In this document: in pieces, positions 19,998-29,361 of the stretch
How the letters are laid out: every line of letters starts with the position of its first letter
Position numbering within the stretch: position 1 is the first letter of the stretch
NCBI GenBank assembly: GCA_965248445.1
Contig: CBDFJG010000004.1
Span: 1,536,001 to 1,600,000, forward strand
DNA length: 64,000 nt
DNA from: Planctomycetota bacterium
Lineage (GTDB): Bacteria; Planctomycetota; JAJSAM01; JAJVHW01
Direction of reading: 5' to 3'
Notes under the pieces: generated by a model
Database searches by the model: none
What the model was told of the DNA's origin: nothing
The model's input: only the letters and a program-made list of their open reading frames with translations
Translations under genes and position numbers: made by a program

Positions 19998-21142
19998 TCC
20001 GCCGCTTCCCGGAGTGCGGCGAGGTAGCGCTCGCCGATGCGGTCCGCGGCGTACTCGCCCTCGACGCGCGCGCGGTTCGCGCGGCCGGCCCGCTGCCGCA
20101 GGCCTGCGTCGCCGACGACTCGTTCGAGGGCCGCGGAAAGCGCAGGGACGTCGCCGATGTCGACCAACAGGTCAGCAGCCTCGGGAGCGATCATCTCGGC
20201 CGTTGCTCCGGCGCGGGTCGCTACGACGGGGAGTCCGGCCGCCATCGCTTCGAGGATCGCGTTCGACATGCCCTCGCTGTGCGAAGAGAGCACGAAGGCG
20301 TCCGCGCTGAGTAGCGCGTGCTTCACGACGTCTGTCTCCACCGGACCGTGGAAGTCGTTCGACACCGCCGCTCCGTCCAGCACGCTCGCGGACCTCGTGT
20401 AGCACGGATTGTGTTCGTCGTTGCCCGCCCCGTAGACGTCCAGATGCACCCGCGCCCGGGCCTCGGCTGACATCGCCGCGAGCGCGTGTGCGAGGTCCGG
20501 GAGTGCCTTGCGCTTGCGGAGCTTGGCGACCCAGACGAGCCGGACCCTCTCGCCCGGCGCGTCCTTCTCCGGCAGCGCCCACTCGCTGACATCGATCCCG
20601 TTCGGGATCACCAGGAGTCGGTCCGCGGGCATCCCGAGGCTCTCGTAGAAGTGCTGCCCACTGGTCGAGAGCGAGACAACGCGCGCACAGCCGAGGACGG
20701 CGTCGCGTTCGCGGGCCGCGAGTCTGCGGAACGCGCGCGAGTCGTTGCGAAGGAAGTTGTTCGCCCGCCACTCGTCCGCCATCCACTTGGTGGAGGGTGC
20801 GCGAAACACCGTTGGAACGCCGGACTCGACGGTTCCGATCGCTGCCCACGCGTCGAACGCGAGCGCCACGCCGAAACGGCCGCTCCGTGCTTGCTCGGCA
20901 ACGCCCTCGATCGACCGGTTGAGGCGGAACAGCTCCTCGGAGTCGGGGTGCAGCCGCCGCCACGCGCGCCGGAGCGTGCTGCGCCGGTGCTCCTCGCTCA
21001 CGATGACGGGCCGCGCGACGAACGTCGTTGCAGCGCCCTCTGCCTCGAGTCGGCGCGAGATCATGGCGAGGTTGCGCTGCACCCCACCGATGCGGGTGGG
21101 GTCGACCGTGGTCGCGAGCAGGACGGCAGGTGTGGCGGTCAT
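19994..21142 (-). CDS. Glycosyltransferase family 4
   Basis: GGVQR, VIPNGID and SHSEGMSNAILEAMAAGLPVVAT motifs. Confidence 0.9.
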   Translation of the reverse strand: MTATPAVLLATTVDPTRIGGVQRNLAMISRRLEAEGAATTFVARPVIVSEEHRRSTLRRAWRRLHPDSEELFRLNRSIEGVAEQARSGRFGVALAFDAWAAIGTVESGVPTVFRAPSTKWMADEWRANNFLRNDSRAFRRLAARERDAVLGCARVVSLSTSGQHFYESLGMPADRLLVIPNGIDVSEWALPEKDAPGERVRLVWVAKLRKRKALPDLAHALAAMSAEARARVHLDVYGAGNDEHNPCYTRSASVLDGAAVSNDFHGPVETDVVKHALLSADAFVLSSHSEGMSNAILEAMAAGLPVVATRAGATAEMIAPEAADLLVDIGDVPALSAALERVVGDAGLRQRAGRANRARVEGEYAADRIGERYLAALREAAD

Positions 21143-21349
21143 GAAGCGAGCCCGGGGCGGGGAGAAAGCCGTGGTCCAGCGTCGACAGTCTCCACGACCT
21201 CCCGGCCGCAACGGGAGGAAAGCGAGCCAGGCCCGCGCCTGCACGCGTGTCCTGCAGGCATGGCGTAGACTCGCCGCCCGCATGCAGCACGGAGCCCCAG
21301 CCCTGACCGATCCCGTCGCTGATCCCGTCGTTTGGCCCGTGGCGGCCTG

Positions 21350-22261
21350 ATGTCGGGAACGCTCGTTCGGAAGATCCCCAGGAGCGCGGCGGAAGCGCTC
21401 TGGAACGAGTTGCTTGCCGCGGGTTTCGAGGAGCGCTCTCCTCCCGCCTACGCGGCGTGGAGCGCCAAGGGCCCCGGGGCTTCGGTCGTCTACTACGAAT
21501 CCGGCAAGCTCGTGGTGCAGGGCAAGGGCTCGGCCGACTTCGCGGCGTCATATCTGTCGCCCGCCGGTCCGGTCGGCGAGCCGCCGGCACAGGACCGCGT
21601 GCTGCATCCCGTGATCGGCAGCGACGAATCGGGCAAGGGCGACTACTTCGGGCCGCTGATCGTCGCGGCCGTGCTGATCGGACCCGACGACGTGGCCGTG
21701 CTCGACGAACTCGGTGTCCGGGACAGCAAGACGGTCTCGGATCGCGATGCGCTGCGGATCGCCGAGGAGATCGAGGGCGGCTACGGCGACCGTGTCGCCG
21801 TCGTGGCGATCGGTCCCCAGCGGTACAACGAGTTGCACACGAAGTTCGGCAAGAACCTGAATCGCCTGCTCGCGTGGGCGCACGCTCGCGCCATCGAGGA
21901 CTTGCTCGAGAAGCACGAGTGCGGGCACGCGGTGGTGGACAAGTTCGCGGCGGAGCACGTCGTCAAGAAGGCGCTGCTCGAGCGCGGCCGCGAATTGAGC
22001 GTCACGCAGCGCGTGCGCGCGGAGTCGCATCCCGCGGTGGCGGCAGCGTCGATCGTCGCGCGTGCACGCTTCCTGCGTGCGCTGGCCCGACTCGGCCGCG
22101 ACGCAGGTACGAAGCTGCCCAAGGGCGCGGGCTGGCCCGTGGACGCCGCAGCGAAGGAGATCTACGGATCCGGTGGCGAAGAGGCGCTCGCCGAGGTCGC
22201 CAAGCTGCACTTCAAGACGACCGAGAAGGCGCGCTCAGCCGTGGGACGCGGGGGAGGGTAA
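21350..22261 (+). CDS. rnhC: Ribonuclease HIII
   Basis: TBP-like N-domain (YESGKLVVQG); IGSDESGKGDYFGPL, DSK, VAAASIVAR and KLHF. Confidence 0.9.
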   Translation: MSGTLVRKIPRSAAEALWNELLAAGFEERSPPAYAAWSAKGPGASVVYYESGKLVVQGKGSADFAASYLSPAGPVGEPPAQDRVLHPVIGSDESGKGDYFGPLIVAAVLIGPDDVAVLDELGVRDSKTVSDRDALRIAEEIEGGYGDRVAVVAIGPQRYNELHTKFGKNLNRLLAWAHARAIEDLLEKHECGHAVVDKFAAEHVVKKALLERGRELSVTQRVRAESHPAVAAASIVARARFLRALARLGRDAGTKLPKGAGWPVDAAAKEIYGSGGEEALAEVAKLHFKTTEKARSAVGRGGG

Positions 22262-22269
22262 GGAGAGAC

Positions 22270-23796
22270 ATGGGGAAGAAGAACCGGCAGACACGGCGGG
22301 CCAACGCGAGGCGCGACGACAGCGACAAGAAGCCGGACAAAAAGCCTGCCCGGCGCCCGCCGAGTGATCTGCCGATCGAGGATCCGAACGAGATCGGACC
22401 CGTCACCGTGCGCTTCCTCGGCGGAGCGCAGACGACGACCGGATCGCTCCACCGCGTGCGCACCCCGCACGGCGACATCCTGCTCGATTGCGGCATGTAC
22501 CAGGGGCACCGCGCGGAGTCCGAGCGTTGGAATCGCGACCTGCCCGTGGACGTGGACCGCATCAAGGCGATGCTGCTGTCGCACGGACACATCGATCACT
22601 GCGGCGCGCTACCGAATCTCGTCCGCAAGGGCTACCGCGGGCTCATCTTCTGCACGTCGGCGACCGCCGATCTGCTGCCGATCATGCTGCTCGACGCGGC
22701 GCACATCCAGGAGAGCGACACCGAGCGGATGAACCGTCGCCTGGCAAAGAAGGGCCACCCGCTGCGGGAGCCGCTGTTCACGGTCGCGGATGCCGAACGG
22801 ACGCTCACGCAGGTACAGGGCATCGACTACGGCAAGCCGTTCGAGCCGGTCAAGGACGTCGAGGTGCGCTTCGTGGACGCGGGGCACATCATCGGCAGCG
22901 CCGCGGTGCACCTGACCATCCGCGCTGACGGCAAGGAGACGACGCTCGGATTCACGGGCGACCTCGGCCGCGCCGACGTGCCGATCCTGCGAGATCCCGA
23001 ACCGCTCGGCCAGGTCGATTGGCTGCTCACGGAGTCGACCTACGGCGACCGGGATCACGAGGACACCGGCAACCTGCTCTCGCTGCTCGAGCGCTTCGTC
23101 AACGGCGTTGCTCCGAAGGGCGGGAAGGTAATCATCCCGTCGTTCGCCGTCGGCCGCACGCAGCTCGTGCTGTTCCTGCTGCACCAGCTGCGCAGCGCCG
23201 ACCGCATCCCGGACATCCCGTTCTTCGTGGACAGCCCCATGGCGAGCCGCGCGACGGACGTGTTCCGCAAGAACCAGGATCTGTACGACGACGAGGCGCA
23301 CCAGTTTCTGATGAACGAGGGGCCGCTCTTCCATCGCGCGCGGACGACGTTCGTCGGCCCCGCCGACGAGAGCCGGAAGCTGAACACGATGAAGGGGCCC
23401 GCGGTCATCATCGCTTCGTCCGGCATGTGCGAGGGCGGTCGCATCCTCCACCATCTGAAGCACCACGCGACCGACTCACGCAACGTCGTGCTTTTCGTCG
23501 GCTACCAGGCCGCCCACACGCTGGGCCGGCGCATCCTCGAGGGTGAGAAGAAGATCAAGGTCTACGGCGATCGCGTCCAAGTGCGCGCCAAGATCGACAA
23601 GATCAACGGGCTGTCGGCGCACGCCGACCGCAACGGTCTGGTCCGGTACGTTGAACGCCTCGACGGGGAGCCGAAGAAGGTGTTCTGCGTTCACGGCGAG
23701 CCAGAGAAGATCGCCGCGCTGCGGAGCTTCTTCTACGAGCACGACATCCGCCAGACCGCGGGCCCCAAGCCCGGCGAGTGGCATCGACTGCTCTGA
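22270..23796 (+). CDS. MBL-fold beta-CASP ribonuclease (YSH1-like)
   Basis: LSHGHIDHCG, DAGHIIGS, GDLG, ESTYG and SAHAD motifs. Confidence 0.9.
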   Translation: MGKKNRQTRRANARRDDSDKKPDKKPARRPPSDLPIEDPNEIGPVTVRFLGGAQTTTGSLHRVRTPHGDILLDCGMYQGHRAESERWNRDLPVDVDRIKAMLLSHGHIDHCGALPNLVRKGYRGLIFCTSATADLLPIMLLDAAHIQESDTERMNRRLAKKGHPLREPLFTVADAERTLTQVQGIDYGKPFEPVKDVEVRFVDAGHIIGSAAVHLTIRADGKETTLGFTGDLGRADVPILRDPEPLGQVDWLLTESTYGDRDHEDTGNLLSLLERFVNGVAPKGGKVIIPSFAVGRTQLVLFLLHQLRSADRIPDIPFFVDSPMASRATDVFRKNQDLYDDEAHQFLMNEGPLFHRARTTFVGPADESRKLNTMKGPAVIIASSGMCEGGRILHHLKHHATDSRNVVLFVGYQAAHTLGRRILEGEKKIKVYGDRVQVRAKIDKINGLSAHADRNGLVRYVERLDGEPKKVFCVHGEPEKIAALRSFFYEHDIRQTAGPKPGEWHRLL

Positions 23797-23823
23797 TCTC
23801 GGAGCCGCGGGTAAGCTCTCGCC

Positions 23824-24660
23824 GTGCGTTTCACCAAGATGGAAGGCCTCGGCAACGACTACGTGTACGTGGACCTCCGCCACGAGACCGTGGCCGATCC
23901 TGCGTCCGTCGCGCGCGCCGTGTCCGACCGCCGCTTCGGCATCGGCTCGGACGGCCTGATCCTGATCGGACCCTCCGACCGTGCCGCGGTGCGCATGCAG
24001 ATGTGGAACGCCGACGGCAGCCGCGGAGAGATGTGCGGCAACGGGCTGCGCTGCGTCGCCCGCTACGCGGTCGAGCACGGGATCACGGACCTGTCCGAGT
24101 TCGTCGCGGAGACCGACGCGGGACTGAAGACCGTCGAAGTGCACCGCGCGAACGGCACCGTGTCCGCGGTGACCGTGGACATGGGCGCCCCCATCCTCGA
24201 GCGCGTTGCGATTCCGATGCTCGGGGCACCGGGCCGCGTCGTGCGCGACACGCTGAACGTCGGGGCCCGCGAACTCGAAGTGACCTGTCTTTCGATGGGC
24301 AATCCGCACTGCGTGACAGTCGTGGACGACGTCGATGCCTATCCGGTCACCGAGATCGGCCCGCTCCTCGAGAGCCACGAGGCGTTCCCCAACCGCGTGA
24401 ACGCGGAGTTCATCCGAGTCGTCTCACGCACCGAGATCCAGCAGCGCACGTGGGAACGCGGCTCCGGCGAGACCCACGCCTGCGGCACCGGTGCATGCGC
24501 GGTGGCCGTCGCAGCACAACTCCTCGGCCTGGTGGACACCGACGTCACGATCCACCTGCGCGGCGGCGACCTCCGCGTCCGCTGGTCCGGCGACGAGAAC
24601 GCCCCGGTGCTGATGACAGGCCCCGCCGTCGAGGTGTTTCAGGGCGAATTCGATCTCTGA
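23824..24660 (+). CDS. dapF: Diaminopimelate epimerase
   Basis: KMEGLGNDY, EMCGNG, SMGNPH and ERGSGETHACGTGAC motifs. Confidence 0.95.
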   Translation: MRFTKMEGLGNDYVYVDLRHETVADPASVARAVSDRRFGIGSDGLILIGPSDRAAVRMQMWNADGSRGEMCGNGLRCVARYAVEHGITDLSEFVAETDAGLKTVEVHRANGTVSAVTVDMGAPILERVAIPMLGAPGRVVRDTLNVGARELEVTCLSMGNPHCVTVVDDVDAYPVTEIGPLLESHEAFPNRVNAEFIRVVSRTEIQQRTWERGSGETHACGTGACAVAVAAQLLGLVDTDVTIHLRGGDLRVRWSGDENAPVLMTGPAVEVFQGEFDL

Positions 24661-24668
24661 TCGACGGG

Positions 24669-25637
24669 CTACTTCGACTCCGTGTCGATGACGGCTCCTT
24701 CCTGGACCGTGTCCGGCTCCGGATCGGCGATGAACGAGGTCTTGGAGACCTCCACGTCGAAGTCACGCACGACGGTGAGTTGCGTGATGAAGTCGGCGTG
24801 GACGCGAGGTGAGCTGCCGGCGTCGCCGGACGTCTTGCGCGGGCGATAGCGCTTGCCGGCGTCCGTGGCGAGCCAGTCCGACCACGCGCCCTTCCTGTTC
24901 GGGACCTGGGCGCCCGTCAACGTCGTGAGCACGCGATGGAGTGTCGTGCGCTCGGTGATGATGGCTGTGTGAGCTGTCGCGACGACCGTCGCGTCCACCA
25001 CCGCCCCGTCCTGGATCGTGCTGACCAGGGGGTCGGCGATGAAGCCCGTTCAAGCCACCTCGACGTCGAAGTCCTGCACGAACGTGCGCTGCGACAGCAC
25101 GCTCGTGTGGACACGGGGTGCGCCGCCGCCGTGCGCCTCGAAGCGCGCGACGAGGACGTGCACCGCACGCGGGTCGTTCAACCGCTCGACGGCCGCCAGC
25201 GCGTTCAGGCGCCGCTGCGCCGTTCCGCCTGTCGTGTGAGCTAGCAGCGGCCGAACCGCGTCACGGCGGCGCAGCGCGTCCGTAGCGGCGTTTCGCACGC
25301 GCGCATCGATGTCGCGAACGGCCCTCTCGACGAGAAGTGGCACGACACCGTCTCCCCGTGCTCTGGCGACGACGGCCACCGCCGCGAGACGTGCCTCAGC
25401 CTTCGCTGCACGCAATGCGAGCGGCGCCTGGCTCTTGTGCGCCCACGGATTGGTACGCAGTCGGGCCCGCAGCCGTGCGCGCACGGTCTCCGGAGTGTCG
25501 GCCGCCGTCCGCTCGATGACGATCGTGCGATCGGCAGGTGGGGCGTCCTCGTCGCCGCCATGGGCGACGACGAGAGACGTGAGGGTGAATAGAGCGGTCA
25601 GGACATACCGTCGGCGCGAAGTGGTGTGGGTCCGCAT
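24669..25637 (-). pseudogene. HEAT-repeat protein, paralog of the upstream gene, interrupted by an in-frame TGA at 25050-25052
   Basis: Reads DFDVEVA*TGFIADPLVSTIQDG in one frame, aligning with DFDVEVAQTAFIADPIVGVIQEG of 25650..26789. Confidence 0.75.
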
Positions 25638-25649
25638 GAGTGCACGCGC

Positions 25650-26789
25650 CTACTTCTTCGCGGTCGGTGCGGCTGCCGTCAGCTTCTCACCGTTCTCGCG
25701 ATACCACTTGGCCCAGGCGCCGTCCTCCTTGGGGACGTTGGTGGCGCCGGTCAGCCTACGCAGAGCGACGTGGATCACCTCGCGCTCGACGAAGTACCGG
25801 ACCTGCTCCGTGGCCACGACGACGACGTCCAGGACGATGCCCTCCTGGATCACACCGACGATCGGGTCGGCAATGAACGCGGTCTGGGCGACTTCGACGT
25901 CGAAGTCCTGAATGAACGTCAACTGGTTGGCGAACATCGAGTACACGCGCGGCGAGCCGCCGCCGTGGGCCTCGAACTTGTAGACCAGGTACCTGACGCC
26001 GCGCACGTCGCTCAGACGTCCGAGACTCGCTGCCGCATGCTCGCGGACGTGGCTGTCGTCGCTGTTCAGCGCCCGGATGAGCGGTAGCGCGAGGTTCGGA
26101 TCACCGATGACCTTGGCCGCGTCGATCGCGGCGAAGCGCACGTCGTCGGAGGGGTCGAAGATCGCCCGGTGCAGCAGCGGCTGCAGAGCGCGGCGTCCGC
26201 CCACTTCGGCGAGTTGACCTGCTGCGAAGATGCGCATCTCCTCGTTCTTCGAACGAAGCGCCCACGCAAGCGGCTCGAACTTGGTGTCGTCATCGATCGT
26301 GCCGAGGGACTCCTCGGCGAAGCGGCGGGCGCGCTCGTCGCCGCGCACCCAGAGGCTGAGCAGCCTGCGCACCTTCTCGTGCTGCTCCTTGCGGAGCTTC
26401 TTCTGCTCCGCGGGCAGATCGAGGAGAGCGGCTTCCTCGCTAAGGATCCACCGGCCTTCGCGGAGCACGAGCCCCTTGACCTTCATGGCCTCTGCACTCG
26501 TCAGCCATCGTCCGTCGTGCCGCGCGTGGCCGAGGGCCTCGCGGGCGCCGACGTGATCCGGCGTGAGTTCGATGACGCGTGCGAACGCGCCCTTGGCCTC
26601 GTCGGCGAGGCCCTTGTCACGGGCCCACAGTCCGAGGAGGTAGTGCTCGCGCGCTGCGTCATCGCCGGCCTTCTCGACGATGGCGGCGCGTCGTGTGTCG
26701 TACTCCGCACGCGTGTCTCCCGCCTGCGCCGAAGCGGCGGCGAGGACGAGCAGTGCGGCCAGCGGAATGAGTCGGGTCCTTTTCAACAC
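25650..26789 (-). CDS. Secreted TPR/HEAT-repeat protein with C-terminal DFDVEVAQ...IADP motif
   Basis: Signal peptide after GGGAG RBS; TPR-like N-terminus (ELTPDHVGAREALG); HEAT repeats. Confidence 0.8.
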   Translation of the reverse strand: MLKRTRLIPLAALLVLAAASAQAGDTRAEYDTRRAAIVEKAGDDAAREHYLLGLWARDKGLADEAKGAFARVIELTPDHVGAREALGHARHDGRWLTSAEAMKVKGLVLREGRWILSEEAALLDLPAEQKKLRKEQHEKVRRLLSLWVRGDERARRFAEESLGTIDDDTKFEPLAWALRSKNEEMRIFAAGQLAEVGGRRALQPLLHRAIFDPSDDVRFAAIDAAKVIGDPNLALPLIRALNSDDSHVREHAAASLGRLSDVRGVRYLVYKFEAHGGGSPRVYSMFANQLTFIQDFDVEVAQTAFIADPIVGVIQEGIVLDVVVVATEQVRYFVEREVIHVALRRLTGATNVPKEDGAWAKWYRENGEKLTAAAPTAKK

Positions 26790-26980
26790 GTATAGCTCCC
26801 TGATTCCGCGATCCCGTTGAGGTGGGATCCCCCCGACCAAGTCTCGAAGGTAGCCGCCGTGGGCACGCTGTCAACGCGGTGCCCGTGCGCCCGGCCGGAT
26901 CGGCCTCGTGGGCCGCAGGAAACCTCTCGCCCCGCGACCGAGCCCTCGGCAAGGTGCCCTCTTCGAGTAAAGATGGGCGG

Positions 26981-28126
26981 ATGCGCACCGCCCTCCTGCT
27001 CTGCCTGACCGTTGTCGTGGCCGCCTGCCGGACGACTCCCGCACCGGCGATCCCGTCGGATCCCGTCCTACGAGACGCTTCGAACGCGCGCATCGTGGCG
27101 GTGGGCGAGTTCCATGACGATCCGGTGCACCACGCCTACCAGGCTGAGGTGCTGCGCGTCATGGCGGATGCCGCCGCGCGCGACGGTGCGCCGCTCTTGC
27201 TCGGCATGGAGATGTTCCAGCGCCCGTTCCAGCAGCCGCTCGACGACTACGTCGCTGGCGACATCGACGAACTCGAGATGCTGCGGCGCACCGAGTACTA
27301 CACGCGCTGGCGTTTCAACCACACGCTCTACGCGCCGCTCTGGCGCCTGGCGCGCGAGCGCGGTATTCGGGTTGTAGGGCTGAACGCGGAGCGCGACATC
27401 GTCCGGAAGATCGGGCGCAAGGGTCTCGACTCGTTGAGCGCCGAGGAACGCAGCCGGATCGCCGCCGACATCGACCTCGGCGTCGCTTCGCACCGGAAGC
27501 GCATCCTCGATGTCTTCAGCGGCGGCACGCATCCGATGCCCGAGGAGCGGCTGAACCACCTGTACGCGGCACAGACGACGTGGGACGAGACCATGGCCGA
27601 GTCGGCGGCGCAGGCGTTGACCGCAGCCGGACCGGACGCACGCATGCTGATCGTCGCGGGTTCGATGCACATCCAGGAACGCGACGCGATAACCGGCCGC
27701 CTGCACCGCCGCATCGGCGGCGAGCCGCCGCTCGTAGTCGTGCTCCGCACGGTGACGCCGGAGCCACGCGAGGAGGCGGCCGACGACGTGCTCGGCGACC
27801 ATGTCGTGCGGCTGGCGCCCGTTGACAAGCTCGTGCCCGCGCGGCTCGGGGTGAAGCTCGAGGACGCGGAAGAGGGAGGCGTGCGGGTCACGGAGGTGAC
27901 CGACGGCGGTGCGGCGGCGCAGGCCGGCATGCGGGCCGGCGACGTCATCGTCCGTTTCTCCGGAAAAATCAGCGAGCTTGCAGAGATCCGGGACACCGCG
28001 GCGCTGCGCTACTGGCTCGACTACGTGCGGCCACCGGCCGGCCGGGTGATCATCTGGCGTCGTGACGGCCGTGATTCCGCCGTGTCGATCCAGTTCGAGC
28101 CTCCCGAACCGCCGGCACACCCATGA
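26981..28126 (+). CDS. ChaN-family (haem-uptake/Tiki superfamily) lipoprotein with PDZ domain
   Basis: VVAAC lipobox; VGEFHD, GMEMFQRPFQ and AQTTWDETMA motifs; C-terminal PDZ. Confidence 0.85.
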   Translation: MRTALLLCLTVVVAACRTTPAPAIPSDPVLRDASNARIVAVGEFHDDPVHHAYQAEVLRVMADAAARDGAPLLLGMEMFQRPFQQPLDDYVAGDIDELEMLRRTEYYTRWRFNHTLYAPLWRLARERGIRVVGLNAERDIVRKIGRKGLDSLSAEERSRIAADIDLGVASHRKRILDVFSGGTHPMPEERLNHLYAAQTTWDETMAESAAQALTAAGPDARMLIVAGSMHIQERDAITGRLHRRIGGEPPLVVVLRTVTPEPREEAADDVLGDHVVRLAPVDKLVPARLGVKLEDAEEGGVRVTEVTDGGAAAQAGMRAGDVIVRFSGKISELAEIRDTAALRYWLDYVRPPAGRVIIWRRDGRDSAVSIQFEPPEPPAHP

Positions 28127-29279
28127 GACAGGTGAGCTCGGTTCGGCTCCGCACGCGCTGCCGGGACGCGATCGTGTACCGACAGATGGTGGATCGCGCG
28201 TCCCGCGGGGCGGAGGCCGGGTCGATCGTGCGTGTGGAGGACAAAGACGGCGCGTTCGCGGACAGGCGTTCTGGAACCCCAAGAGCGAACTCGCGCTGCG
28301 GATACTGACGCGGGACGACGTGCCGGTCACCGACGCCTGGTTCGGCGCCGCGATCCGGGATGCCGTGGCGCTGCGACGCGACGTGCTCGGCCTCGACCGC
28401 AATACGAACGCCTACCGCGTCGTGAACTCCGAAGCCGACCGCCTGCCGGGGCTGATCGTGGATCGTTACGCGGACGTGCTCTCGTGCCGCGTTTCGTCAC
28501 TCGGTGCGTACCGGGTCTTCCCGGTGATCCGCGACGCCCTGAAGGAGGCTCTGCAGCCGCGCGTGGTGCACGTCGCGGCAGATCCCCGCGTCGCCAAGCG
28601 AGAGGGTTTCCCCATTCCTGACGGCGCAGGCGACGCGGCGCGGGCGACGATCACGGAAGGCGGCCTGTCGTTTCACGTCGATTGTGCGCGCGGCCACAAG
28701 ACAGGCTTCTTCCTTGATCAGCGGGAGGCGCGACGGCGCGTTCGCGCGCTCGCGAGCGGGCGGCGCGTTCTCGACCTCTTCTGCTACACGGGCGCGTTCG
28801 CGCTGAACGCAGCGCGCGGTGGGGCCCGCGACGTCCTGGCGATCGACCTCGATGAGAAAGCGGTTGCGGCGGCCCGCGAGAACGCAGCACGCAACGGGCT
28901 GAGCGACGCGGTGTCCATCAAGCACGAAGACGCGTTCGACATTCTGCGCTCGCTGCGACGCGGCCGGTTCGACCTGATGGTCCTGGACCCCGCCAAGCAA
29001 GGCCGCGGGCGCAGCGAGGTCGAGCGCTCGTTACGGTACTACTTCGATCTCAACCGGCTGGCGATCGGCGCCGCGCCCTCGGGCGGGTTGATCGTGACCT
29101 GCTCTTGCACCGGCGCCGTGCGCGAGGCCGAGTTCCTCGGGATGCTCGCCGACGCGGCCGCGACGGCCGGCCGCGCAGCCTCGTTCCTCGAGATCGCCGG
29201 AGCACCGGCCGACCACCCGGTCGCCACGGACCACCCGGAGGGGCGGTACCTGAAACGCGTCCTGATGCGCGTGTCCTGA
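28123..29279 (+). CDS. RlmI-like class I SAM rRNA methyltransferase, frameshifted at ~28260
   Basis: PUA-like N-terminus in ORF 28123..28308 continues after a 1-nt shift into GQAFWNPKS...GHKTGFFLDQR, LDLFCYTGAF, LDP and TCSC. Confidence 0.8.
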
Positions 29280-29361
29280 GCCTGGCCCCTACAGCGCCGA
29301 GGCTGCCCCTCCCGATGAGGGATGGGAGCCCGTGCGCCGATCACGAGGCTCGCTCAGCGCC

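Noticed and set aside
21309..21330. GATCCCGTCG direct repeat in the divergent GT4/rnhC region
   Set aside because: Only two 10-bp copies in high-GC DNA; cannot be distinguished from chance or assigned to a regulator.
25020..25052. Selenocysteine recoding of the in-frame TGA
   Set aside because: The aligned residue in the paralogous motifs is Q/K, not Cys, and the small downstream hairpin (GCCGACC-CCCU-GGUCAGC) lacks the G-containing apical loop of a bacterial SECIS.
28250..28270. Programmed ribosomal frameshift in the rlmI-like gene
   Set aside because: No slippery heptamer; a single missing G in a G run is the simpler explanation.
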